In this document: positions 26,901 through 39,263 of the stretch, one piece after another | Layout: each line of letters opens with the position of its first letter | How positions within the stretch are numbered: the first letter of the stretch is position 1 | Assembly: GCF_009914755.1 (NCBI RefSeq) | Contig: NC_060942.1 | Direction: 5' to 3' (one strand) | DNA: 64,000 bases | Origin: the human T2T-CHM13v2.0 reference genome, Homo sapiens | Program-made: the position numbers and the translations under genes | Notes under the pieces: model-generated | What the model was told of the DNA's origin: nothing | The model's input: only the letters and a program-made list of their open reading frames with translations | The model's database searches: none

Positions 26901-28859
26901 CATGTACACAAAGAAGGGAACAACAGACAGCAGGGCCTTGGAGAGTGTGGAGGGTGGGAGGAGGGAGAGGATCAGCAAAAATTCCTATTGGGTAATATGC
27001 TTATTGCCTAGGTGATGAAATAAGCTGTATACCAGACCCCCATGACACACAGTTTACCTATATAACAAACCTGCACAAGTAGCCCTGAACCTAAAATAAA
27101 AGTTTAAAAAATAAAATTAACAAGTAAAATTAAATTAATAGTTTGGCTATATGCATCTTTTTTAAATAAAATTAGACATTTAAGTTGTTTTAAATTGTGA
27201 AGTTATTTTTACTAAGGCCGTTAATATCAGATTTAAGCTAGTCCTTGCACTAAGATGAAAACATAGCTCAGGTCATGAGAGGTGAGTTAACGAATCCAAA
27301 ATCTGGCTATGGTTACCCCACTAATCAAGTTTTTGTTGTTATTTACAGCTATTATCAGTACCTGATGTTATTTAATAATTTTGTCCATTCGTTCTAGGAG
27401 GCTTTTGTTTAGTCCTCAGCACCTGAATAGGACCTGACCTATATCAGCTACTAAATACATAATTGTTTAATAAATAAATATATCATACTTAGAAAAAAAT
27501 GAAAGTACAAAGTAGATTGTGATTTACTGTTGAAAAGATATGTATTGGAACAGTAAACTGTAAAGTGTACTGTAGGGGACATGGGAAACCAAAGAGATTC
27601 AAGGGCTGGGATGAGGGTGTAGGGAGAAATGAATCAAGATATGAAGCGCAGGATAAATAGGTTGGAATCGATGTCAAGAAAGTAATGACTGAAGTTTATA
27701 TTCTTAGCATGTTCTCAAGTTAAGTGTCCACATAAGTAGAAGAACAAATGTTTTCACTTTGGGGGTAGATGGCCTTTTATTTTAAGTAAGGAAAGGTTTA
27801 AACTATAATTAGAAATGTGGCAACATTAATGTGCAAGCATGAAACCACTAAGTAGTTAAGGGAATTCTAGATTGCAAGTGGAGGTAAAATTAAAAAAAAA
27901 ACAAAAACAGGTTATAACATAATGGTGCTACTGTATCAGTATATTTTTTAATGCATGGTAATGAAATATAAAGAATAACACCTACATTTTTGGTGCTGTA
28001 TATATTATTTCATTTAATCCTCACAATGACCCATCATAATGTTGGTATTGGTGTAGCATTTTATGGAGCTTAAATCATTTGTCTGTACATACATCTAGTC
28101 ACCATAGATGAGCTTGAGACAGCCACAATTATGATTTCTCACTTTTATTAAACTTCTTCCTATTTCTAGAAGGCTAATATCTATGTTTCAATGATATGGG
28201 GAACATGCTGCTTCCTATAACTGAAAACACTCTTCCTTCCCCACCCTCCCCCTTTAAAAAAATTTGGTGTGATTTGAGGAATATGCAGAGTAATTAGAGG
28301 ATCAATTTCTGGCAGAGATTACAAATCAGAAATCATGGCAGAAGTCCAGACAAGTCGTCCTTAGAAAGGGGCAAAGAAGAAAGGAGGATCTGGGTACACA
28401 GCCAATATTCAGAGACCAGAAAGAGCACACAGGAGAGAGATTTTAAAGAAAGCTATTCAAAGTAACAGCTCTAGCTTTTTATAGGTTGTCGTTGACCTAT
28501 AAAAATGGAGCTGAAATAGAACAGAGCTAACAGAAGCCTAGCATGGACCAGACCAACAAGTTTAATCCACAGAAGGGAGCTGAGTCACCATATACTTGGT
28601 TCTCAGCATTTCTGCCTAGTGGGTAGGAAGAGGCTAAGAGGGGGTTAAAGCTCAGTCTATGTTGGGCTCTGGCTGAGACTGCCTGGGTGGAAGTAAAACT
28701 TAGAAACTCTGAGAGTTGGAAATGGGAGTTCCAAATTCTTTGAATGTGCATAAAGTTTTCTTCATTAATAAGACGAACAACATACAGCTAATTTTGGAAA
28801 TATAGCTATTTTTTTCCATAAAAAATATCAATTTTCAGAGGTACTTTTGGGTGGAAAAC

Positions 28860-29095
28860 TATAAACTCTTAATGTAAAGACATCTCTCTTTTCTTCCTTT
28901 CACTACTATTACTTAAATGCCATAAATGTCTTGATCACAATATTTATCATATTGCAATGCAATTATATATTTATATGTCTTTTTCTGTGGGATAGAAATG
29001 ACCTTGCCTTATTCATTTTTTTAAAACTCCAGAGCTTAGAAGAGTGCCTGGTGCATAGAAAGCATTCAATGTGCTTTTGCTGAATCACTGAATTC
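28860..29095 (+). mobile_element. L2 3' end
   Basis: 'cttagaagagtgcctggtgcatagaaagcattcaatgtgcttttgctgaat'. Confidence 0.65.
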
Positions 29096-29568
29096 TCTGC
29101 TTACGGATTGAAAGATGTGGCAATTGTGCAAGAGGAAAAGGTCACTTTAGAAATGATGTTGTTCAAAAGCTATGAGAATGAAGCCCAGAAACTGCCATTG
29201 TCATTCAGAACATTTGGCATCAAGAAAGCCTGATTATTTATGAGACAGGGAGTGCCAGAAATGGCTTTATATTGACAGAATTTAGGAAAAGATGCTTATG
29301 AATATTTTTGTGTTTGAGATCTGGTTCATTAGTGGTTGGAAAGCTCACTAGTCATTTTGTAATGCTAGTTGGAAAAGAATATTTCTACAGGTATTTTTTC
29401 CACAAGTACTTTGAAGATTATTGAGATTTTTTTCTAAGATTATGGAGAACAACATGCTTCCTTTGGAAATATGCAAACACTGGGGTGATATTACTGGAAG
29501 CTCTGCATAAACTTAAATAAATTTTCTTTTGTCACTCACTTAAAAAAGTAGCATAAAAGGTGATTTCA

Positions 29569-29709
29569 TGGCGATGCATGGTGACTCACACCTGTAATCT
29601 CAGCTATTCAGGAGGCTGAGCCAGGAGCATCCCCTGTGCCCAGGTGCTGGGATCGTGCTACTGCATTCTGCCTGGGCAGCAGAACAAGACCATGTCTCAA
29701 TAAATAAAA
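29569..29709 (+). mobile_element. Monomeric Alu relic (FRAM/FAM-like or deleted AluJ)
   Basis: 'ggtgactcacacctgtaatctcagctattcaggaggctgag..ctgcattctgcctgggc..agaccatgtctc' plus A-rich tail; degenerate TSD aaaaggtgatttc / aaaagaagaatttc. Confidence 0.75.
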
Positions 29710-29994
29710 GAAGAATTTCCTGAGATTTTATGTCATGAGGCAGTCTGGTTATAGAAAGTTTTATTCACATATTCTCCAAATAACAGGATAGTATTTATTT
29801 CACAGAGCATTTTTTTCTGACATATTTAGAGTTTTATTTCTATCAGTGGGATACTATACAAAGTAGGTTATAATTAGGTACATGGGTTTTTGCTTACTTT
29901 TATTTGAACAAAATTCCTTTTCACCAAGACAATACAATCGTCAATTTAAATGAAACACTCTTTCTCCATAATGTCATGATGTTGAGGCATGCCT

Positions 29995-30290
29995 TGATCA
30001 AGCATTTATTCCCCAAATCTTTACTGAGGGCCTGCTCTCGGCCAAGCATTTCAGGAAGGGCTGGGGATGAGTGATGAACGGGCAGCCAAGTTCTCTACTC
30101 CTATGGTCCTCACTGCCTGGCGAGGAAGAAAAGATTCTACCAGACATTTGGTGATGATAAATAGAAAGTATAGGGTGCAATGGAGGTGTCACCTGAGGCC
30201 ATAACTTTATCTGGGAGTCCTGGAAGGCCTGAGAAGACTTGCTTGTGAAAATATACTGAGGCTGAGACTCAAATAGAAGAGGCTTGGTCA
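29995..30290 (-). mobile_element. L2 fragment
   Basis: 'cattt attccccaaatctttactgagggcctgctc..ccaagca' resembles the antisense L2 3' end. Confidence 0.55.
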
Positions 30291-30576
30291 AGATACTCCA
30301 TTCCTCCCACAGGCTGTAAAGGTAATCTAGACTTTCAAATTGACAATGTCTTTCTGGACAATAACTACTATTTTTGTAACTTTAGGTATCTTTAAACTAC
30401 ATAAAGTTAATTTTTGGTAAGAGTTTCTAAAAGGATTTCTGTGGTTTTGAGGAGAAACAACACATCTTAGTATTTAAAAAAATTAGGTAAAATTTATATT
30501 ATGTAAAATATTTACTAATTGAGAAAACATTGGTTAATATTTGGATAATTTGTCTACTTTCCATCTATTTTGGCAG

Positions 30577-30950
30577 TACTATATGTTGAATAAATATTTG
30601 TTGCCCCCTACCCTCCAAATTTATATGTTAAATCCTGACTCCCAAGGTAATAGCGTTAGAAGGTACAATCTTTGTGGCGTGATTAGGTTATGAGGATATA
30701 GCCCTCAGGAAAAGGATTGGTGCCCTTATAAGAGACTCTAGGAAGCTCATGAGCCTCTTTCACCATGGAGGACATGGAGAAAACAATGACCATCTATGAA
30801 CCAAGAAATAGGCCCTCACCAGACACCAAATCATCTGATGCCTTGATCTTGAACTTTTCTGCCACCAGAACTGTGAGAGATAAATTTCTCTCATTTATAA
30901 GCAACCCAGTTTATGGTATTCTGCTGCAGCACCACAAACAGACTAAGAGA
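30577..30950 (+). mobile_element. MLT1A-like MaLR LTR
   Basis: 'gattaggttatgagg..gccctc..ggattggtgcccttataagag', 'ccctcaccagacaccaaatc', 'gaactgtgagagataaatttc', ending 'gactaagaga'. Confidence 0.85.
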
Positions 30951-31358
30951 GACATTGTAATTCCAGTCAGCAAAAATTATCCTATGCTAGAAAAAATGAA
31001 ATACTAGTTGTTTTCAAAACAATTCATTAAAGCTATGTAAAATGCATCTCACTAACGTAGTCAAGTTATATTTTTTAGAGATATAATCTCTACAAAACGA
31101 GGTAACAGTCTAATAACAAATAAAATAAAAACATTTGGGCTGATTTAGGTTTCAACTCTTACATTCCTTTGATATTTGAGGTTAAGTATTGTTTTAAAGA
31201 AACTTATGAACAAAATAATAATACTAAAGGATATGTTTAGCTTCTTCTTTCTCTCTCTTTCCCTGTAATGGCATTGGTTTTGAACAAACCTGCATTGTGT
31301 TGGGACTGAACTACCATAGCTTATTTTCATAAGGTCACATACCTAGCAAGAATCTGAT

Positions 31359-31473
31359 CACATTTTTATCTATAAAATGTAGTAAACTATTGCATATTTT
31401 TATCTATAAAGTGTACTACATAAAATGTAGTACACTATTACACATTTTTATCTATAAAATGTAGTACACTATT
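31359..31473. repeat. Short tandem array, ~34-bp unit x3
   Basis: Unit 'cacatttttatctataaaatgtagtacactatt' repeated with one partial unit. Confidence 0.85.
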
Positions 31474-31759
31474 TAAAGAATGTAGTGTTAATGCTTATCC
31501 TAAGACTTTATAATTGTGCCAGGCAATAAATAAACCAGGATGCATGTTAGAGAGAGCATCAGTGAACTGTTTCTAGCCTATTGTTCCCACTTTGGACATT
31601 GTCAAGTCTTAGATTGGTTCCACCTCTGTCCCTTTTTGGAGATTTTATTTTATTTTTCTTTCAACTTCGAAAACTCATGACTCCTCTACTTTTTGTAGGT
31701 ACAAATTGTAAGTGAAAATTTCCTTAATAGAAAACAAATTCTCCTACTGCCTAGAGGGA

Positions 31760-31960
31760 GCATTCAAGCCTGGAAGGGACCTCAAAGGTCATCTAATCTA
31801 GGTTCATGTGAATGCTTCAGTTCTTTCTACAGTATACCTGCCAAATTGTGCTCAAGCCACTGTTTGAATGCCATCAGTGACAGGGCACTTCACAGCTGCA
31901 GAGGCAGTCCCTTCCCCTACTGTCAACCTTGGGTTAGACATGTAATCTGCTTTGGAGACT
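31760..31960 (-). mobile_element. L3/CR1 LINE 3' fragment
   Basis: 'tggaagggacctcaaaggtcatcta' and 'ctgtttgaatgccatcagtgacagggcactt' resemble the antisense CR1/L3 tail. Confidence 0.6.
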
Positions 31961-32459
31961 AAATATATATACATATTTGTAATTTCTACTAGTTTCTAAT
32001 TCTACCCATTATCTCAGGGCTGTGATGAGTATGTCTAACCCTCTGACCTGAACTCCATGAGCTATCTCAAGACATGTTTGTATGTAGCTCTTATTCCCTT
32101 GTACGAGCAGCGGCACTGATAATTATGACTGGCCAAGAAGCCATGGCTTATGCATAGTTCTTGATGTGTGAAGATTTTTGGGTGGGGGGAGTTGGAAAGG
32201 AATCTCTGAGAAATGGGAGGGAAACATGGGGGCATTAGCTACTTGGAAAAGGTACCATGAGGATGAATAAAAGGGAATGGAGCCTGCTAGTTGGGAAGTT
32301 GAGAAGTTTAAACGCATACTTGGCTGACATCTCAGGCTGCCTAAGAGTGTCTATAGAATTTATCATGATAAAGTGATATTTTCTTAATCTCCTCTTTTAA
32401 TTAAAAAAAACAAAATATACTATTAGAGTTCAAAGTAAAATCAACTATAATTAAAAAGT

Positions 32460-32835
32460 GGCTATCAGGCCAATATGCCACTGCCATGTGTCCCAAAAAG
32501 CATGTGTTGGAAATGCAATCCCCAATGCAACAGTGTTGGGAGGTGGAGTCAAATGGGAGGTGATTAGGCTATGACAGGTCCACCCTCATAAAATGGACTA
32601 ATGCTGTTTTTAAGGGAGGGGATTCATTATAAAAGGGCAAGTTTGGTCCCTTTTTCTCTCTTCTCTTACTTTCCCTTTGACTTCATGAGATAATGCAGCA
32701 ATAAGGTTCTTGCCAGATGCAGCCTCTTGATCTTGAAATTCCATCATCCAGAACCATCAGCCAATACATTTCTGTTCATTATAAATTTCCCAGTCTGCAG
32801 TATTCTGTTATAGCAGCACAAAATGAACTAAGGCA
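32460..32835 (+). mobile_element. MST (MSTC/D-like) solo LTR
   Basis: 'catgtgttggaaatgcaatccccaatgcaacagtgttgggaggtgg', ending 'ttctgttatagcagcacaaaatgaactaaggca'. Confidence 0.8.
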
Positions 32836-33318
32836 GTCTTCATGATAGTTTAGCGCTTAAGGTAGTAGATTCTGGGGTCAGACTACTGCAGTTCAAACCC
32901 AAAATGTATTGTAAAGACTCTTTGATCTGTGGATCTCAATCTCCTTATTTATATAAGGAGTGAGTTAATATATTCACTCTGTATTTATTTATTTCAACAT
33001 TATTTTATGTCATCTATAAGGCAGGTATACTTCTTGGTATCATCAAATCATTTGAAGGAAGGAGAAATTTGTTTTTGAATATTAGAATAAATGATGTAAT
33101 GTTATACTTCTTCATGATATTGTTTGGTCAATAATTTCAATAACTTTATATTAAACTACAGATTTGGGGAGTAAAGTTAACTGGCTCTAAAATTTTAAAT
33201 GGGTTAATTTAGTCAACAGACTGTGGCTCTAGCAAAGTATCAGTACATTTTAGTTAGGAAGAAAACATAGAGAAGTATTTTGTGAGTGTAAATTTTGTGA
33301 GTGTCATTTTTTCACTAG

Positions 33319-33665
<347 letters not shown>

Positions 33666-34173
33666 TGGAATGTCAAATATATTTTAAGAAAAAAATACTA
33701 TTGAACTTAAACGGATTGAAATACATAAAGTAAATAGTTTTTACCTTTATTACTAAGATCTTTTATTTCAATTGCAATGAGGTTCTAATCCCAATTGACT
33801 ATATGTTGAAGTCTTCACTTCTCTTCATAGAATCACTGCTCTGGTTGTACATGTCCTAAGCAATTAACGTGGAGTTAACCTTATGCAGTGGGCTTGATGG
33901 AGATCTGAAAAAAGTTTCCCAGCCAAGATAAGTGGACATTCTGCCAGACAACCCAGTAGTAATGTGTTGGTCCTTCTCAACATATTATCTCTCAAAAGAT
34001 AGTAAAGAGAAATATAGCTTATTACTGATGCGGCTTGTAAGTAAATTATAAACTGTTTCTTCATGCTGGAGAAAGACAATGGTTCTCTGGTTGATGCTCA
34101 AGGTCTCTCAATAATATGTTGCTCCTCTTTCTCACTCCTCACCTCATGAAATCTTTTTATCCAACCTAGGACT

Positions 34174-34175
<2 letters not shown>

Positions 34176-34208
<33 letters not shown>
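34176..34208. repeat. (CA)n microsatellite
   Basis: Directly visible. Confidence 0.92.
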
Positions 34209-34211
<3 letters not shown>

Positions 34212-35390
34212 CTCATATTTTTTCTCTCATAATTTGGCTTTGGAATATTAAATTTAAGTATCCCGTTGCATTGATTTTTTTTATGTCCACAATATTGCAC
34301 CTAGTATTAATTGCTTAAAAGATATGTATACTTTACTTCTTTCTTATAATGGAACTTCAATAAAATTGAAGGTGACAATTTTCCAGTTAAGACAGTATTT
34401 CACCTCTTCAGATTTCCTTGTTGTTAAGACTGGCTTTATGTTTCAAATATAGCCAATAAAACATAAGTAGAAATCAACTTGGTGGGGCTTCCAGTTAAGC
34501 TATTATTTCCCTGACTGAAAACAAAAAACAAAAAGAACAATTTGACATGGCTTTTCTGTCTTTCTTTCCTTCTTCCTGCCTTGGACACTAATATTCCTGC
34601 ATGTAGAGTGCTCTTGCCTGATTATGAAAATGAACAAATAATAAGAATAGAGCAACAGAAAGCTGAAATGAATCTTAATCTTTGGCAATTCTTTTGGACA
34701 ACTTCTTGAGTGCCATGTTGGGACTCTATGCCTCAACAGTTCTTTTTACATGGTAAAAAGGAGACCCCAGCCATTTTCAAACTCTAAATTAGGTTTAAAA
34801 GCAGTCCTCTTCTTCAAAAAATATAAGGAGATCCACGTGTGGCCATTTGGGTTGTAGTTGGTGGAGGTGGGGAGGTAATAGGGATAATCCCAAAGTATAA
34901 TTGAAGTAACTCGATAGTAGGAGCAGTATTACTGCAAATGATATTTTAAAATATTCTCCTGTAACATATGCAGATAGCCTAGAAGAGTGCTTATCACACA
35001 ATAATAATTTCACAAGTTGGAGTTAATTCATTATGTTTGAACTAAGAAATTTATGGTTCCTGACTCCAATTCCAATGTACTTTTTATTATACCACTATGT
35101 GGGTCAGTAACTCAAGGACCAGTGAGAATATAAAACCAGCAATTCGGCAATTCACTACATGAATATTGTCTGTATACCTCCCTTGGGAGAAAGTCCAGAA
35201 CATAGCTACTGGATTGTAAAATAGTCTATGACTCTTCATTGGAACTTTATTTGCATCTTCCATAACTTTTGGTTGTTGTCATTTTTCTAGCCACAAACTT
35301 ATTTGTCAGTGTTATGAAGTCAATTGACTTTTTCTAGAATAATTTTTCTAAATGCACAAAATGATATGCATAGAGTTAAATAAAATAAAA

Positions 35391-35765
35391 TGATATGGTT
35401 TGGCTATGTCCTCACCCAAATCTCATCTTGAATTGTAATCCTCATAATCCCCCCCTTGTCGAAGGAGGGACCTGGTGGGAGGTGATTGGATCATAGGGGC
35501 GATTTCCTGCGTGCTGTTTTCATGATAGTGAATGTGTTCTCATGAGATCTGATGGTTTTATAAGTGTTTGACAGTTCCTTCCTCACATGCTCACACTCTC
35601 TCCTGCTGCCTTGTAAAGAAGGTAACTACTTTTCTTTCTGCCATGTTTGTAAGTTTCCTGAGACCTCCCAGCCATGCAGGACTGTGAGTTAATTAAGCAT
35701 CTTTCCTTTATAAATTACCCAGTCTTGGGTATTTCTTCACAGCAGCGTGAAAACAGGCTAATACA
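35391..35765 (+). mobile_element. THE1 (THE1D-like) solo LTR
   Basis: Starts 'tgatatggtttggct', contains 'catgagatctgatggttttataag', ends 'ctaataca'. Confidence 0.92.
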
Positions 35766-38114
35766 TCAAAAAATTAAATGCAGGTATAAAAACATCTGTG
35801 ATCTAAAATTGTATAAATTGCTTCTTCCTAGAGTTGTAGGCCTCATGGCCTGACAATTTTGGAAAACGTGGTTCTGTTAATAATGGGTTATTGCCATTGT
35901 GATATAAGACAATGTTAAAGAAGAGAAACAAATATCTGGCATTAAACTAGAGGATGTCCTTTGTTCAGCCTCTGGTGATGAAGGGCTAAATTGTTTTGAT
36001 AGTTACCAGTGCTGAGATGGATTTTCATATGCACCACCCACACATACACACAAATAAACATAAAGTAACATGTGAAGCTGACATCAAGGCCATTATCAGG
36101 TGTCTTGCACTTCTCAGAATGTAGCTAGCAGGAGGACTGTGAAATTATATGATGATGAAGCAAACTGTGTGTGTAGAGTAGAGTTTTGTGGGTTGTCAGA
36201 GGGAATGGGTCACTCCAGTAATCAAACTGAGATTAAGAGGCTTTATGAAGGAGTAGGGAAAGAGAAGTCATCAAATATGGGGGAGAGGAAAAGGCATGAA
36301 ATAATTCATGGATCTATTTATAGGCATTCTAATTGCTACTAATTGCAAATGAAAGCTAAGGGTTTTCAAAGAGTTGGAACTGGCATCAGGTAAAATATAA
36401 CTTTATTTTATAATAAGTCTGTAGTCATTTATCCAATGAAGTCACTTTATAATATTTATCATTTCTCTTATTATCAATGTTAATTTTATTTTATGTGCAA
36501 CACACATACATATGTATAATCACTTAAAGGCAAAAAACACTTTTCCTATGCAATGTATATAATTATTATCTAACAAATGGCTGATGGATTGTGCTGAATT
36601 CCTTATTGGTCCCTTTATGCTTTCTTGACAGTGAAGAAAATCAAAACTCATAAAGAGAGTAAAATACCTCCCTACTCTAAAAAAATGTTTTTCCTCCACT
36701 CCTCCCTCTCTGCTATAAGTGTTATTTGAACCATGTTTGGACTAGCTGCACTCGAATGTGTCTGAATGCTTTTATATTTCAGGTTACGTACATATTCACA
36801 AGGTGACAATCTGTAAGAAATAATTTGTGCATTTTTTTTACAGCACACATAAAATATGCCAATTTCTTTTTGACCTAAGGACCAATGGGTTGTACAGCTT
36901 TCAACCTTGTCAGACTCTTCGTTGCCTGGGGAAACGCCACATCTTATCTTTAACTCTGGCTGTAACTTTTGTTCCAGCTGGAAGCTGACCTTACTTCTTA
37001 TTGTTTTCTTTTCCATTTGTATGGCTTCCAGAATGCAGTCCTGAAAGTCAGTCCTGGATAGTTGCTTTCAAACCCATTTTTCTTTTTGGTAATATTTTGG
37101 CAAAGGATTAAACTAGTACATCATTCAGGGACCTGTCCAGCCAACCCAGACATGGGTCAGTGGAGACAATAGCAGTGTTCACAACTATCCTATCAGGGTT
37201 TATGTATCTAACTTTGTACAAACATACTCATGTCAGTGTATGTGGCTTTGATCTTGATTGCACCTTGTGACAAGAACACTGTATAACTGTTAGAGAATGT
37301 CTGACAATGTTCCTACGAGTTTGTCATGCTGAACACTTGATAATATTGATGATTTAAGAAGATGCAAAGTTGTACTAGGACCATTCAGTAATATTGTAAA
37401 AAGTAAGTTTAGTAGGCTAAAATTTTTGTGGCATATATTACAAATCATTTGGGAAGTTGGGAAGATATATTACATCTTTCAAATCCAATTTGGGAAATAG
37501 GATCAATCTGAACATTTGATTCCATGCAGTCATATTGTTAGGTTCCTTTCAACTTTAAATGACTTAGAAACTCATTTGCTGTTTTTCAATGCTCAAAGTA
37601 GAAAGCATTTTTAGTTAATGAAATAGCATTGATATATCTCAACTAAAAAGTAACAACGAGTTGATTAACAAAATACAGAAAATTACGCACTGCCTCTAAA
37701 TCAAAGCATATATGGCATTAACAATAGAAATGAGTTTTCTCATGTAAGACTATCATTGTTTATTTAAATGTGAGCTGAAATAAATATAGTTTTTCCAAAA
37801 GACATGCCAAATACAGCTATAGTGTTTACAAATTGCTCCCAATAGCTTAAATGAATTTAAGTTAAAAGGTTTCTGTTTACATTTTGACAAAACCAAAAAC
37901 AGTGATGTTCAGTTTTGATTAACCCCTCAAATCTAAGTCATTATGCATATCATTGCTAGGATTCTTGCAAAACATGTTTACATCACCATATCATATTAGT
38001 GTTAAAACTTCATGAATCATGAATGTGAGGATAGGTGTTTGAAGCCGAATGGAGAAGAGTTCTTAGATGTTATATGTTTAAAATAATCAGAAATATTATA
38101 TGAATTCTGTTTTA

Positions 38115-38400
38115 TTAAAATCATTCAACAGACATGATTGAGCAGCAATCAATTGGCAGGTTCTGTTATAGATAAGTGAGATACAATTTCTGGCCACAAT
38201 GTATCTAAAACCCACTGGAATAAATCTGTGCAAGAGCAATTGAAAATAATATAAGTGCTATAATGGAAGTTTTTATGGGTTCTCAAAGAAGGAGCACTAG
38301 AAAGAATGAACTGAAGATAGTAGTGAGAGAGGAGATGAGGGATGAAACCAATATTGAAAAAAACCTAAAGATTTAGAAAAGGGTTAGGGCAGCAGAGTGA
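38115..38400 (-). mobile_element. L2 fragment
   Basis: 'tcattcaacagacatgattgagc..ggcaggttctgtt..ataagtgctataatggaagt'. Confidence 0.5.
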
Positions 38401-38469
38401 TTGGCTCTAATTCATGAAGTGCCATGACACTGGTGATTGGAAGAGCAGTTGTAAAAGGAAGAACAGAGG

Positions 38470-38609
38470 CTGCATCTGCCATTTCGTAAAAGTGACCTTG
38501 GAAGCAACCCCTTGAGATTTCTCATCTGTAAATAGAGGCTGATTCATTTATTTTAAGAATCAAATAAGATAGTTAAAATTAATTACCTGGCATAAATCTT
38601 AGCACATGG
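38470..38609 (+). mobile_element. MIR fragment
   Basis: 'gtgaccttggaag..tttctcatctgtaaatagagg..cttagcacatgg'. Confidence 0.6.
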
Positions 38610-39000
38610 TATATTAGTCCATTCTCACATTGCTATAAGGAAATGTGGGTAATTTTGAGACTGGGTAATTTATAAATGAAGGAGGTTTAATTGACTTACA
38701 GTTCCTCATGGCTGGGGAGGCCTCAGGAAACTTAATCATGGTGAAAGGTGAAGGGGAAGCAAGGCACCTTTATCACAAGGCAGCAGGAAGGAGATTGACC
38801 AGAGGAGGAACTTACCAAACACTTATAAAATCATCAGATCTCATGAGATCTCACTGTCACAAGAACAGCTTGGGGGAAACTGCTCCCATTATTCAATTAC
38901 CTCCACCTGGTCTCTCTCTTGACACGTGGGGATTATGAGCATTATGGGGATTATAATTCAAGATGAGATTTTTGCTTGGAGACACAACCAAACCATATCA
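38610..39000 (-). mobile_element. THE1 (THE1D-like) solo LTR
   Basis: 'tatattagtccattctcac...aaccatatca'; perfect 5-bp TSD catgg (38605-38609 / 39001-39005). Confidence 0.93.
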
Positions 39001-39064
39001 CATGGTAAAAAGTAAATATATTTCTGTTTCTTTCTTTTACCTTTGAACATGGGAACAAATAAGG

Positions 39065-39263
39065 CTTCAGATGATGATAGTCACCAACTGTGGAATCTTC
39101 CAAATGAGCTAAGTAAGAATTCAGATATCGTGGAGTAGAGACACATCATTCCTGCTTTGCCCTGTTCAAACTTCTGACGCTCAGAGTCCAGGAGCATAGT
39201 AAATGGTTGTTTAATACCATATGTTTTAGGTAACTTGTTTTCCACCATTAGATAACTAGAACA
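39065..39263 (+). mobile_element. MLT1 (H/J-like) LTR 3' fragment
   Basis: 'gtggagtagagaca..gccctgttcaaacttctgac..aaatggttgttt..gataactagaaca'. Confidence 0.65.

Noticed and set aside
31359-31473. CRISPR-like repeat of ~34 bp
   Set aside because: Units are head-to-tail with no unique spacers; primate DNA with no cas genes.
35391-39000. Two THE1 LTRs as the ends of one provirus
   Set aside because: They are in opposite orientations, there is no THE1-int between them, and the second has its own TSD (catgg); these are independent solo LTRs.
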